Source: Alphaproteobacteria bacterium (lineage in GTDB: Bacteria > Pseudomonadota > Alphaproteobacteria > Bin95). From it: DNA of 64,000 bases. Location of the stretch: contig CAXXWS020000002.1 in NCBI GenBank assembly GCA_963665325.3, forward strand, positions 608,001-672,000, in the 5' to 3' direction. This document shows, piece by piece, positions 9,569 through 17,616 of this stretch. Below the pieces are notes generated by a model. That model worked only from the letters and a program-made list of their open reading frames with translations. It made no database searches and had not been told where the DNA came from. Within the stretch, counting starts at the first letter, position 1. Each line of letters starts with the position of its first letter. The position numbers and the translations under genes were made by a program.

Positions 9569-9755
9569 TGTGGGTTCCAGTGCATCAAAAGCGGCTCGGG
9601 CGATACAATGACCCGGGCGCATGAAGAGACTATCGAATGCGAGTCCGTGCGAGGAAGCCGGAATCCACGGGTGGGCGCAGTCTCCAGTTGTCGCAGCCGG
9701 ACCGGCGATTGCTGAATTGCGCTGCGGGCGAAGGGCATCGGTCTCCGTTTGGGGG

Positions 9756-10472
9756 CTATCTGCGGGACCGGCGCCAGCCGGCGGCGCGCGCGTCGGCCTC
9801 GCTGCAAAACCAGCGTTCGCCGCTGGATTCGTCGATGCCGGTCCGCTCGTAATATTTGCCGCCGGGAACATGATAGATGCGGCCGTTCGAGCTGATGTTG
9901 CCCTTGATGAGGCATGCGCCGGCGCTTCGCGATGGCGCGGTCCGGGGTTGGCGGCCATGCCTTGAGGTGCTGCGACTTTGCTGATGGCGGCGCCAACGCC
10001 AGGGCTCGATGAAGGAACCGGACCACAAGCCGCGTTGCGCTTCGCGAGCCGCGTCCTCGTCAGGGACATAGCGCGTCGAGTAGCGACGGTATGCGAGGGC
10101 CAGGCCTTGTCGCACGAGCTCCTGCTGCAGGTCCCGGCCGTTGGCGAAGCAGGCGCCGATCGCGCGGCCGTATTTTCCGCGCCCGCTGACCCGGCAACGC
10201 AGCGTGTTGCGGCCGACGAGCTTGCGCATGGCCTGGGTGGCCGCCTTTCCGCATGCCCACTGGCGGCCGTCGCGGGAGCAGGTCTGACGGCTCTCGGGGG
10301 CGTCTATCCCTTCGAGGCGAATGTGTTGTCCGGCGACGGCCAGGGTATCGCCGTCGATGACGCGTACGTCGCCGATAAGTGTTTCGGCACCGGCGGGGGT
10401 GAGGCAGAGCAGGACAGCTCCTGTTGCGAGAGCGGCTCGCAGGGCAGAGAGCCATAGCGGTGAGATTGTCAT
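9756..10472 (-). CDS. Secreted thermonuclease (SNase-like) with ExoI-like C-terminal domain
   Basis: Signal peptide; VIDGDTL, IRLEGIDAPE, KYGRAIG; C-terminal CLIKGNISSNGRIYHVPG...ERWFCSEADARAAGWR. Confidence 0.9.
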   Translation of the reverse strand: MTISPLWLSALRAALATGAVLLCLTPAGAETLIGDVRVIDGDTLAVAGQHIRLEGIDAPESRQTCSRDGRQWACGKAATQAMRKLVGRNTLRCRVSGRGKYGRAIGACFANGRDLQQELVRQGLALAYRRYSTRYVPDEDAAREAQRGLWSGSFIEPWRWRRHQQSRSTSRHGRQPRTAPSRSAGACLIKGNISSNGRIYHVPGGKYYERTGIDESSGERWFCSEADARAAGWRRSRR

Positions 10473-11350
10473 TGCGCGTCATTCCGGTGGCGGTATCGGT
10501 CTTGGCCGGTGGAGAGAAGCGGCCGGCGCCGTCTTCGTAGAATGACGGTCACATAACCTCTGCTGATGCCGACCCTGCCGGCGATGTCCTTGTGGGGTAT
10601 CCGGAGGGTGGCTGCGAAAACTATCAGGTCGTCGCGGATGCGGTGCCGGGTATGAGCCTCGCGAATGGCAAAGGCAGCCCGGCATCGGGGGCCGCAGAAT
10701 TTGCCGGAACGAGTCCTTGCCCGGCTGCCGCATTCGTTCGCGCACCAGGGCTTTCGGGCTTCGGTCCAGGCCTGCTGGCAGGCGGAACTGCAGAAGCGGC
10801 GGTGGCGCCGTGGCGTTGAGGCGTTGCAGCCTCGCGCTTCGCAGGAACGCTCATCGTCCGGGGCCGGTCGGACAACGACGTTCGAGACGGTTCTGGGGTG
10901 AATGCCGTGGCAGGATGCAATGCGGCTGTGCGGTGTGCCTGAGGCGGCATCGCGGGCGATTCTGCCGTTGCGGTCGCCGTTCGCAGCCGCCCAGTACCGG
11001 CGCGCGAAGGCGTGATAGCACGACCGGGAGCAGAACTTCGCGCTGCCCCGCTTCACGGGCTTCGTACAGTTGGCGCACTTGTGGAGATGGAGGCGCCGGG
11101 AGGCGACGAAACAGGTATGGGAGCAGTAGCGGTTTGTTGACCGGGGGACCTTGTTGGTGCAGCCGGGCAGGTCGCAGAAGCGCGGAATTTGAGTTGGGCC
11201 GCGGGGCCAGGTCCAGCCCTCGCGGCGCGCGATGCCGTAAACGGTGGAGCGCGAAAGGCCGTAATCCGCGGCAATAGAGGGGATGCTCTGTCCGCTCGAA
11301 ATCGCGCGGCTGATTTCGGCGTCGCGGGCGGCATACCGGCGTCTGGCCAT
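10469..11350 (-). CDS. Putative DNA-binding protein, HTH-Zn-Zn-HTH-Zn-Zn-HTH
   Basis: IAADYGLSRSTVYGI, IASCHGIHPRTVSNV, IAGRVGISRGYVTVI; four C-x2-4-C...[FY]C[SG]xxC motifs. Confidence 0.7.
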   Translation of the reverse strand: MARRRYAARDAEISRAISSGQSIPSIAADYGLSRSTVYGIARREGWTWPRGPTQIPRFCDLPGCTNKVPRSTNRYCSHTCFVASRRLHLHKCANCTKPVKRGSAKFCSRSCYHAFARRYWAAANGDRNGRIARDAASGTPHSRIASCHGIHPRTVSNVVVRPAPDDERSCEARGCNASTPRRHRRFCSSACQQAWTEARKPWCANECGSRARTRSGKFCGPRCRAAFAIREAHTRHRIRDDLIVFAATLRIPHKDIAGRVGISRGYVTVILRRRRRPLLSTGQDRYRHRNDAQ

Positions 11351-11351
11351 G

Positions 11352-11825
11352 TCAGGGCCTCGCTGTCAGGGCGGCGGGGCTGACGGGCGCCGGGCCGGCG
11401 CTGAGCCTGGTCAATATCTTCTGCTGAAGCTCCGGCGCCATGCGCGCGATCTGCGACAGTTCCTTTTTCTGGTCGGCTATGGGCGTGGCCGCCAGGGCCT
11501 TCTGGATGTGTGGGGGAATGAGCGCGGCGATCCGGATCATTTGCTGGACGGTTCGTGGCGTGCATCCGAGGTGGGACGCGGCAGCCTCACTGAAGCTGGG
11601 AGCGCTGCCGGCCGGAAAATCAAAGTGAGGGAATTTCACCTTTGATTTTTCCCGGTAGGTCGCGGACTGCCGGTCGCCGCCATGGCAGGCCTCGGGATGG
11701 AGCTGCTCGTACTGGGCCTTGGCGCGGGCCAGGAGCTGCGCTCGTTGCAGGATAGTGAGCTCGCGGTAGGACGAGCTGAGCGGCTCGAAGATCTGTCTTT
11801 CAGGATGAGGACGGCGGTTCGGCAT
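11352..11825 (-). CDS. ParB-related protein lacking the N-terminal CTPase domain
   Basis: ELTILQRAQLLARAKAQYEQLHPEACHGGDRQS...FSEAAASHLGCTPRTVQQMIRIA; paralogous to neighbours. Confidence 0.75.
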   Translation of the reverse strand: MPNRRPHPERQIFEPLSSSYRELTILQRAQLLARAKAQYEQLHPEACHGGDRQSATYREKSKVKFPHFDFPAGSAPSFSEAAASHLGCTPRTVQQMIRIAALIPPHIQKALAATPIADQKKELSQIARMAPELQQKILTRLSAGPAPVSPAALTARP

Positions 11826-12741
11826 TCTCTTGGGCCTTCATCAGTTCGAGCCAGGACATGATCTCCTGGCGTTCGTCTTCGTTCGCTTCGATCCAGAGCG
11901 TCTGGAAACGCGCAAGCGGTGTTTTGCCGGCCTCGGCGTTGCCTTCGGCCCCAGGCGGGAGGTCTTCGCCTTCGTCGGCATTGGCATCCGGCGAGGATGT
12001 GGGGTCTTCGTCATCGCCGGCATTGTCGTCCGGGTCCGGCCTGAGAAGAGCGGCCAGGGACCTCGGCTCCTCGTCGGCCTCGCGAAGGGCATCGAGGACG
12101 CGCCGCTGCTCCTCTTCCTCCATGCGCGCGATCTTGTAAAGGTCGCCTTCGCGATGGGCGAGCGCGCTGTGCGCGAGTTCGTCCTGGAGCTCCGGGATGA
12201 TGTTCTCGCCGATCTTGAGCGCGCGCCGGATCGTCCAGGGCGAAAACGGCGTGAAGCGCGCGGTCTCCGCCACGAAACCCTTCGGTCCGGGAGCGGCCTT
12301 GTATTCGGCGCTCTTCCGGTCGCCCCCTGGCCGGCTCTGCGGATAGAGGCGCTCGTGAATATGTTTGCGGCGGGCCAGGAAGCGCCCGCGGTCGAGCGCG
12401 TTGAGCTCCGAACGCATGAGGTTCTCGTCGATTTCGAGCAGGTCGAGCTCGTCGGCGGTGAGCGCGTCGAGGACGAAGGCCTCGATCGTTGTCTGGCCGA
12501 GGGAACGCATGGCCTGGCAGCGGTGGGCGCCGGCGACGAGCAGATAGCGGTCCTCGCTCAGGCCCCGGACCTGGATCGGATTCTGGAGGCCGTGCCGGCG
12601 AATGCTCTCCGCGATATGCGTGACGGCGCCTTCGCTGACGGTGCGAAGCCGGTCTCCGAGGTCGATGCGGTCCAGCGGAAGCAGGACCGTCTGGCGGGGC
12701 TCGTCCCTGAGGACCTGGTGGGCTGCCACGGAAGCGTCCAT
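11800..12741 (-). CDS. ParB family protein (paralog 2)
   Basis: GLQNPIQVR, LVAGAHRCQA, EIDENLMRSEL, GGDRKS. Start coupled by TAATG at 12741. Confidence 0.85.
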   Translation of the reverse strand: MDASVAAHQVLRDEPRQTVLLPLDRIDLGDRLRTVSEGAVTHIAESIRRHGLQNPIQVRGLSEDRYLLVAGAHRCQAMRSLGQTTIEAFVLDALTADELDLLEIDENLMRSELNALDRGRFLARRKHIHERLYPQSRPGGDRKSAEYKAAPGPKGFVAETARFTPFSPWTIRRALKIGENIIPELQDELAHSALAHREGDLYKIARMEEEEQRRVLDALREADEEPRSLAALLRPDPDDNAGDDEDPTSSPDANADEGEDLPPGAEGNAEAGKTPLARFQTLWIEANEDERQEIMSWLELMKAQENAEPPSSS

Positions 12742-12923
12742 TACGCAGTCTCCCCGGGTTCGGGACCGGAAGGGTCTGGGCCTTCGCTTGTCGGATGCAG
12801 CCGGTCGTAGAGTTCCTTGCGCCTGGCGATGAGCCGGGCGCGGTCGAGGGCCGTTAGATCTTCGCGGTTCAGGCGCCGGTCGACCTCCGCGATGGCCTGG
12901 GCGTCGGGTAAGGAGGAACCCAT
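12741..12923 (-). CDS. 60-aa mini-ParB (central helical segment only)
   Basis: EVDRRLNREDLTALDRARLIARRKELYDRLHP matches EIDENLYRAELDPFDRARFLAKRKQVYQRLYP; TGATG and TAATG coupling at the two ends. Confidence 0.7.
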   Translation of the reverse strand: MGSSLPDAQAIAEVDRRLNREDLTALDRARLIARRKELYDRLHPTSEGPDPSGPEPGETA

Positions 12924-13834
12924 CACTCGCCTCCCTGCAGGTCCAGCCACTCACGGAACTCGGTGCGCTCAAGCTCGGAACACTTGATCCAGACCTTCTT
13001 CAGGCGGTCGACATTGGTGGGCGGAGGTGGCGGGGTGGCGACTGGGTCCTTCTGCAAGGCCGCGAGGCTCTTGGGAGGTGTCTCCGCGCTCTGGAGGCGG
13101 GCGAGCAGCTGTTGTTGCTCCTCGGGCTCCATGTCGGCGATGCGGTAGAGGTCGCCTTCTCGCTTTCGGATATGGGTGTCGGCTAGCGCATCCTGCAGTT
13201 CGGGTATGATGTTCTCACCGATGCGGGTCGCTCGCTTGATCGTGGCTGGTGAGAAGGGAGTGGACGAGGCGGTAGCTTCAGCGAAACTCGGAGGCGGTTC
13301 AGAATCAAAAGCTGAATTCTGGCTTTTGATATTATCCAGATATTCCAGGCTCTTACGGTCACCGCCAGCTTTTGTCTCGGGATACAGGCGCTGGTAGACT
13401 TGTTTTCGCTTGGCGAGGAAGCGAGCGCGGTCGAAGGGGTCGAGTTCGGCCCTGTAGAGGTTCTCGTCGATCTCCAGCAGGACCAGCTCGTCCTCGGGAA
13501 GCTCGTCGATGATAAAGGCCTCGATCTCTACCCATCCAAGCAGTTCGGCAGCGGCGATCCGGTGCGCGCCGGCGGCGAGCTTGAAGCCGCCTTCGTCGAG
13601 TGTCCGGACATGGATCGGGACCAGCTGCCCCTGTCGGGCCATCGACTCGGCAAGGTGTGTCGCTGCGTCGCTGTCGACGGCGCGCAGTCGGCCTTCGACA
13701 ACAATGTCCGCGATCGGGACGCCCATGGAGTGACGGGGGCGGATCGCGTTCGGCACCTCGACCTGTTCGCGGTTCCTGGACTGTTTCTCCTGGATGCGTT
13801 CCAGGGACCGGTTGAAGCTCGCGATATTCGACAT
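12923..13834 (-). CDS. parB: ParB family protein (paralog 1)
   Basis: GQLVPIHVR, LAAGAHRIAA, EIDENL, GGDRKS. GGAGG RBS before ATG 13834; directly downstream of parA. Confidence 0.85.
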   Translation of the reverse strand: MSNIASFNRSLERIQEKQSRNREQVEVPNAIRPRHSMGVPIADIVVEGRLRAVDSDAATHLAESMARQGQLVPIHVRTLDEGGFKLAAGAHRIAAAELLGWVEIEAFIIDELPEDELVLLEIDENLYRAELDPFDRARFLAKRKQVYQRLYPETKAGGDRKSLEYLDNIKSQNSAFDSEPPPSFAEATASSTPFSPATIKRATRIGENIIPELQDALADTHIRKREGDLYRIADMEPEEQQQLLARLQSAETPPKSLAALQKDPVATPPPPPTNVDRLKKVWIKCSELERTEFREWLDLQGGE

Positions 13835-13850
13835 GGGGTCCTCCGGTCTT

Positions 13851-14510
13851 TCAGCTGGGCCGGGCGATGACCGAGAGCGCCGGCTCCGGCCAGGTTTCGA
13901 CGGTGCGGAAGAGGGCAAGAACTTCGAGGGCAGCGGGGCCGCCAAGCGCGAACTCGCTTACCCCCTTTCCGGCCGACATCGCTTGCGCGTAGGCGGCACG
14001 CTGGCGAAGAACGACCGGCAGAACGGCTATGCCGGCCGGTGCAAACATGGACTTTGCGGCATCGATCTGGCGGTGACCGCGCGTAGGCGCCGCGTTGAAC
14101 AGGATCGCTGGCGGCGTCTGGGCCATCTCGCAGACATCGAGGGTCATGGCGACTGTCGCCATGTCGACGGCCTGCGGCCTGCAGGGGACGATCACCATGC
14201 GGGCCATGCGCGCGGCGGTCAGCATTGAGGTGTCGGTGTGCCCGGCCGTGTCGCAGACGACCAGGTCGAATCCCTCCTCGCCCGCGCTGCCGATCTCCCG
14301 TGCCAGCCGGCTCGGTATGCTCGTCCGGACTTCGGGATGGGGACTGTCGCGAAAGTCGCTCCAGGTCACGGCGCTCCCCTGGGGATCGGTATCGAGAATC
14401 AACGCCCTCCTCCCGGCCAGGACAGCTTGGACGGCCAGGTTGGTCGCTACGGTGGTTTTGCCGGCGCCGCCCTTCTGGGCGACGATGGTGATGACGTCGG
14501 GTTCGGTCAT
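13851..14510 (-). CDS. parA: ParA family ATPase (short, type Ib-like)
   Basis: QKGGAGKTT deviant Walker A, DTDPQGS, VVCDTAG. Confidence 0.92.
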   Translation of the reverse strand: MTEPDVITIVAQKGGAGKTTVATNLAVQAVLAGRRALILDTDPQGSAVTWSDFRDSPHPEVRTSIPSRLAREIGSAGEEGFDLVVCDTAGHTDTSMLTAARMARMVIVPCRPQAVDMATVAMTLDVCEMAQTPPAILFNAAPTRGHRQIDAAKSMFAPAGIAVLPVVLRQRAAYAQAMSAGKGVSEFALGGPAALEVLALFRTVETWPEPALSVIARPS

Positions 14511-15385
14511 GTTGCTGTTCCTCTCTGGGTTTCGTGCCTGGTTCGAATGATTCGGCCAGGGACGTGTCTTGTGGTTGCCAGATCGCGGATGTGCTCCACG
14601 AGAAAGCCGCGTTCGCGGTACTCGGTAACGACGAGGTAGGCGAAGGTTCGTGCTTCGGGTTCGAACAGATGATCCGGTCGAGGGCGCTTATGGAGCGACA
14701 CGCGGTGCCTGATGCTTTCGGCAAAGCAGGCGGCAAGAACGGCTGCAGAGGAACGCTCGCTTCCGATCATGGCGCGCGCGAACTCCCACGAGGGAATGCA
14801 GCGCCAGTCGCGGCGAACAATCTCCCGGGCGCGATACATGAAGGCGGGCCAGTCTGGTTCGTATGGATGGATGCGCTGGAGATAGGTCAGATGAGGGAGC
14901 GGGCCCGAATATACGAAACCGGGATGGCCGTCGCGTTCCATCCATAGCTCGATCTCGCCGTGCAGCTCCTTGCGGATATGCTCGACGGCATCGCGATAGG
15001 GATCGGTAACGGGCGCTGTGCTGTTGAAGGCTTCGGCAACGTGTTTCAGGAACTGGCGATCGGTGCGAAACGGAGGACGGTCGGGGCGCAGCATCGCAAA
15101 CAGCGCCGCGGCCGTTGCCATGCGCGGATTGGTGGCTTGCGACAGCTGGGCCCAGTCTGCGGGCGCGATGGTGAGTTCTTCGCATGCCAGATGCCGCGTT
15201 CGGTCGATGAGCCAGGCCCAGCCCCATGGAGCCGAGGGGCGGTCGGCATCGAGTTCCCAGCGGACGAAGCCATGGAGGTCCTCGATCTCGTCGAGTGTCG
15301 GCCATCGATTGCCGGCGGGATCGAGCTCGTGGGAGCTGACCGGCTCGAGGACGTCGGGGAATTGAGCGCGGTATCGCCGTCTCAT
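14507..15385 (-). CDS. Hypothetical protein, apparently two degenerate RepC C-terminal-like domains
   Basis: 4-bp ATGA overlaps with repC and parA; W..L...helix..W..(A)...G pattern occurs twice. Confidence 0.6.
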   Translation of the reverse strand: MRRRYRAQFPDVLEPVSSHELDPAGNRWPTLDEIEDLHGFVRWELDADRPSAPWGWAWLIDRTRHLACEELTIAPADWAQLSQATNPRMATAAALFAMLRPDRPPFRTDRQFLKHVAEAFNSTAPVTDPYRDAVEHIRKELHGEIELWMERDGHPGFVYSGPLPHLTYLQRIHPYEPDWPAFMYRAREIVRRDWRCIPSWEFARAMIGSERSSAAVLAACFAESIRHRVSLHKRPRPDHLFEPEARTFAYLVVTEYRERGFLVEHIRDLATTRHVPGRIIRTRHETQRGTAT

Positions 15386-17373
15386 CGGGGCGGCTCCTGC
15401 ACGGCGGAAGCCGTTGCTTTGTCGCGTTGCGGTGGCGTCGGCGGTTGTTCGCGGCGGCCGGCGAGGGCCGGGTAACCGGGGGCGGGGTGTTGCAGGAGCC
15501 GGACATGGCGGCCGAGTGACCCGGGCGCAGCCTCCTCTTCCCGGACGAAATGCAGGAACGCCGCCTCAGGATCGCGCCCGGAGGGGTCCAGGCGCCGTTC
15601 GGCAATGACAGCGACGATCATGCCGATGACCGTCGTTCTGTGCAGGCCCAGGGTCTCCATTGCGCCGCGCCAGGCCGGGCCTGAGACGGACAGGGTCTGG
15701 AGGCATTCGGTCATGGCCGCGTGCATGAGGTGTAGCCATCGGCGCCGTCCCCGGGAATGAGGGCCGAGCCGTTTCCGGATGCTCGCGGGAACGATGGGCT
15801 CCAGCGCCTCTAGGGAGGGTGCGAGAGGATCGGGGGGCGTTTCCCGGACTTCGACGGTTTCGATGAGGTCGATATCGGGTTCCGGGCCGGGCGGGGTGCT
15901 GCACTGCTGCGGCGGGTGTGGTTGGTCGGGTGGCGGCGAAGGCGCGGTTTCGGTGTCGGGTGCAGCGGGCGGCATCCGGTCGACCATGCCCCATAGCGAT
16001 TTCGAGAGGTCGAGTTCTCCCTTGCGGGCAGCGTCCAGCATGCCGCGCAGATAACCGCCGGCGGACCGGATTTCGCCGGCATCGGACCGGGAGGCGACCA
16101 CGGCGATCGCCAGGGAGGCGCCGTCCGGCGAAAGCTGCTGGCAGGCCTCGCGCCAGGCGCCCGGAGAGACGCCGAGACGACTGCGGGTGAGGTTGGCGGC
16201 TGCCTGGAAGTCCGTGGAAGTCGGTTCGGTGCCTTCGGGCAGGTGGGCGGCGAAGGAGGGCGGGAGAGACTCAAGGATCAGCCAGCCGGGGGGCGCCTTG
16301 CTGTTTCGGGAGGGCCGGCGACTACCTTCCTCCCTTTCCGGCCCAGGGCGGGCGGCGGGCGGTGCGTTCGGGTGAGGGGTGGTTGCGGTTTGAGGACCCG
16401 TCGCTACAGGAATTTCAATTTCAGATTCATTTGTAAGTGTAATTGGCTGCGGGGGATTTTCGCTGGTAAGGCAGCGAATATTTGTTGCCTTACCATCAAG
16501 ATTCGATGCAGCAGAGAACTCATCGGGCGGGGCTGAAGGGGGCGTGGAAGTCAGCGCGGCGACGAGGTCGGCCTCGAGCGCCTCGGCGTCATGGCGAAGC
16601 TCGAAGAGCGCGGAGAGCGGGAGCCTGGTGAGGGCGGTGGTCGGCCAGAGCGCCTCGATGCGGGATTGCAGGCGCCGGGTCGCAGGTTCGTCGACCGGCA
16701 GGCGGCCGTCTTCGATCGCCTGTTCGAGCGTTTCCTTGTTGCTTTTCCGGAGACTCCTGATCTGCTGGCGTAGAAGACGGTGCGTGTGGTGCTCCTCGTC
16801 TGCGTCTTCGGCGGTCTGAAGAACAAGCGGCAGCAGCGTGGCAATGGGCGAGAGGTCGAGGCCGAACGGAATGCGCTCGCCGGTTTTCGGGTCGTAGTGG
16901 ACCTTGCGGTGACAGTTGGTGCTGTCGCGCATGGCCAGGACGCCGAGCTCCATGAGGCGTCGCAGGTGGTAGCGGACGTTCGAGTCCGACTTGCAGCTGA
17001 AGAGCTCCTTCAGCGCGCCCTGGGGCAGCCAGACCATCGGGCGCGAACTGTCTTTCCAGTCGCGCGCGGTGGTCACGCCTATGAGCGTCTCCGTCAGAAA
17101 CACCTGGTGGGGTGACCAGCCGAGCCTGGCCGCGACGTCGTGTTTCTTGAGGGCGCGGGTGATCGTGAAGCGGTCTGTGCCTTCCGGCAGGCCGCACCAT
17201 TCGTTGGCACGGCGAAGGGCTTCCAGATAGGCCCGGTCCCGCTTGCGTGTGCCGGACGGGTTGGGGCTGCGGGAAGGTCCGGCGCCCGTCGAGGGGGTCG
17301 TAGGATGTTGTTCAAGCATGTTTTTCGACGCTCGGCGGCGTCCATGCCTCGATCCCCACTTTTTTCGCTCCAC
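15382..17373 (-). CDS. repC: Replication initiator RepC with duplicated C-terminal domain (start may be 17319)
   Basis: DWKDSSRPMVW, VRYHLRRLMELGVLAMRDSTNCHR, FGLDLSP, LGVSPGAWREAC, IRSAGGYLRGM. Confidence 0.88.
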   Translation of the reverse strand: MERKKWGSRHGRRRASKNMLEQHPTTPSTGAGPSRSPNPSGTRKRDRAYLEALRRANEWCGLPEGTDRFTITRALKKHDVAARLGWSPHQVFLTETLIGVTTARDWKDSSRPMVWLPQGALKELFSCKSDSNVRYHLRRLMELGVLAMRDSTNCHRKVHYDPKTGERIPFGLDLSPIATLLPLVLQTAEDADEEHHTHRLLRQQIRSLRKSNKETLEQAIEDGRLPVDEPATRRLQSRIEALWPTTALTRLPLSALFELRHDAEALEADLVAALTSTPPSAPPDEFSAASNLDGKATNIRCLTSENPPQPITLTNESEIEIPVATGPQTATTPHPNAPPAARPGPEREEGSRRPSRNSKAPPGWLILESLPPSFAAHLPEGTEPTSTDFQAAANLTRSRLGVSPGAWREACQQLSPDGASLAIAVVASRSDAGEIRSAGGYLRGMLDAARKGELDLSKSLWGMVDRMPPAAPDTETAPSPPPDQPHPPQQCSTPPGPEPDIDLIETVEVRETPPDPLAPSLEALEPIVPASIRKRLGPHSRGRRRWLHLMHAAMTECLQTLSVSGPAWRGAMETLGLHRTTVIGMIVAVIAERRLDPSGRDPEAAFLHFVREEEAAPGSLGRHVRLLQHPAPGYPALAGRREQPPTPPQRDKATASAVQEPPR
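16405..16505. promoter_or_regulatory. Candidate oriV inside repC
   Basis: AT-rich patch with GANTC sites and a 32-bp near-perfect palindrome at 16464-16495. RepC origins are known to lie within repC. Confidence 0.55.
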
Positions 17374-17377
17374 CGGC

Positions 17378-17553
17378 TTGACAAGGCATGCCGGAAGGGT
17401 TACCTCTCAGTCATCTGCTGAGATGGCCGAAAGGTTCCTTGCTTGCTTGCTTGCTTGCTTGCGAAGCGAAGCGAAGCAGTGGGGACTTAGGTTACAGTCC
17501 GATTTTTCGGGCTAGGATCAGGGGAGCGGGAGTGGTTGCCCGCTCCCCTTTTT
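17378..17553 (+). ncRNA. Candidate counter-transcribed RNA (ctRNA) antisense to the repC leader, with promoter and terminator
   Basis: TTGACA-N17-TACCTC at 17378; terminator AGGGGAGCGGG-AGTGGTTG-CCCGCTCCCCTTTTT at 17520-17553. Confidence 0.6.
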
Positions 17554-17561
17554 CTTGCCTC

Positions 17562-17610
17562 TTGACCGCCAGATTTCTGCCGAGCATAATCTCCCGGCCT
17601 GTTTGTCTAA
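17562..17610. promoter_or_regulatory. Overlapping divergent sigma70-like promoters at the element end
   Basis: Plus strand TTGACC-N17-CATAAT (17562-17590); minus strand TTAGAC-N16-TATGCT toward repC. Confidence 0.55.
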
Positions 17611-17616
17611 GGGCAG

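Noticed and set aside
9569-10069. N-terminal extension of the 716-aa recombinase ORF
   Set aside because: Overlaps the thermonuclease gene; recombinase homology starts at Met 9568.
17438-17478. Short repeats as a CRISPR array or iterons
   Set aside because: 4-5 bp units without spacers; no cas genes. No CRISPR array, tRNA or rRNA recognised in the window.
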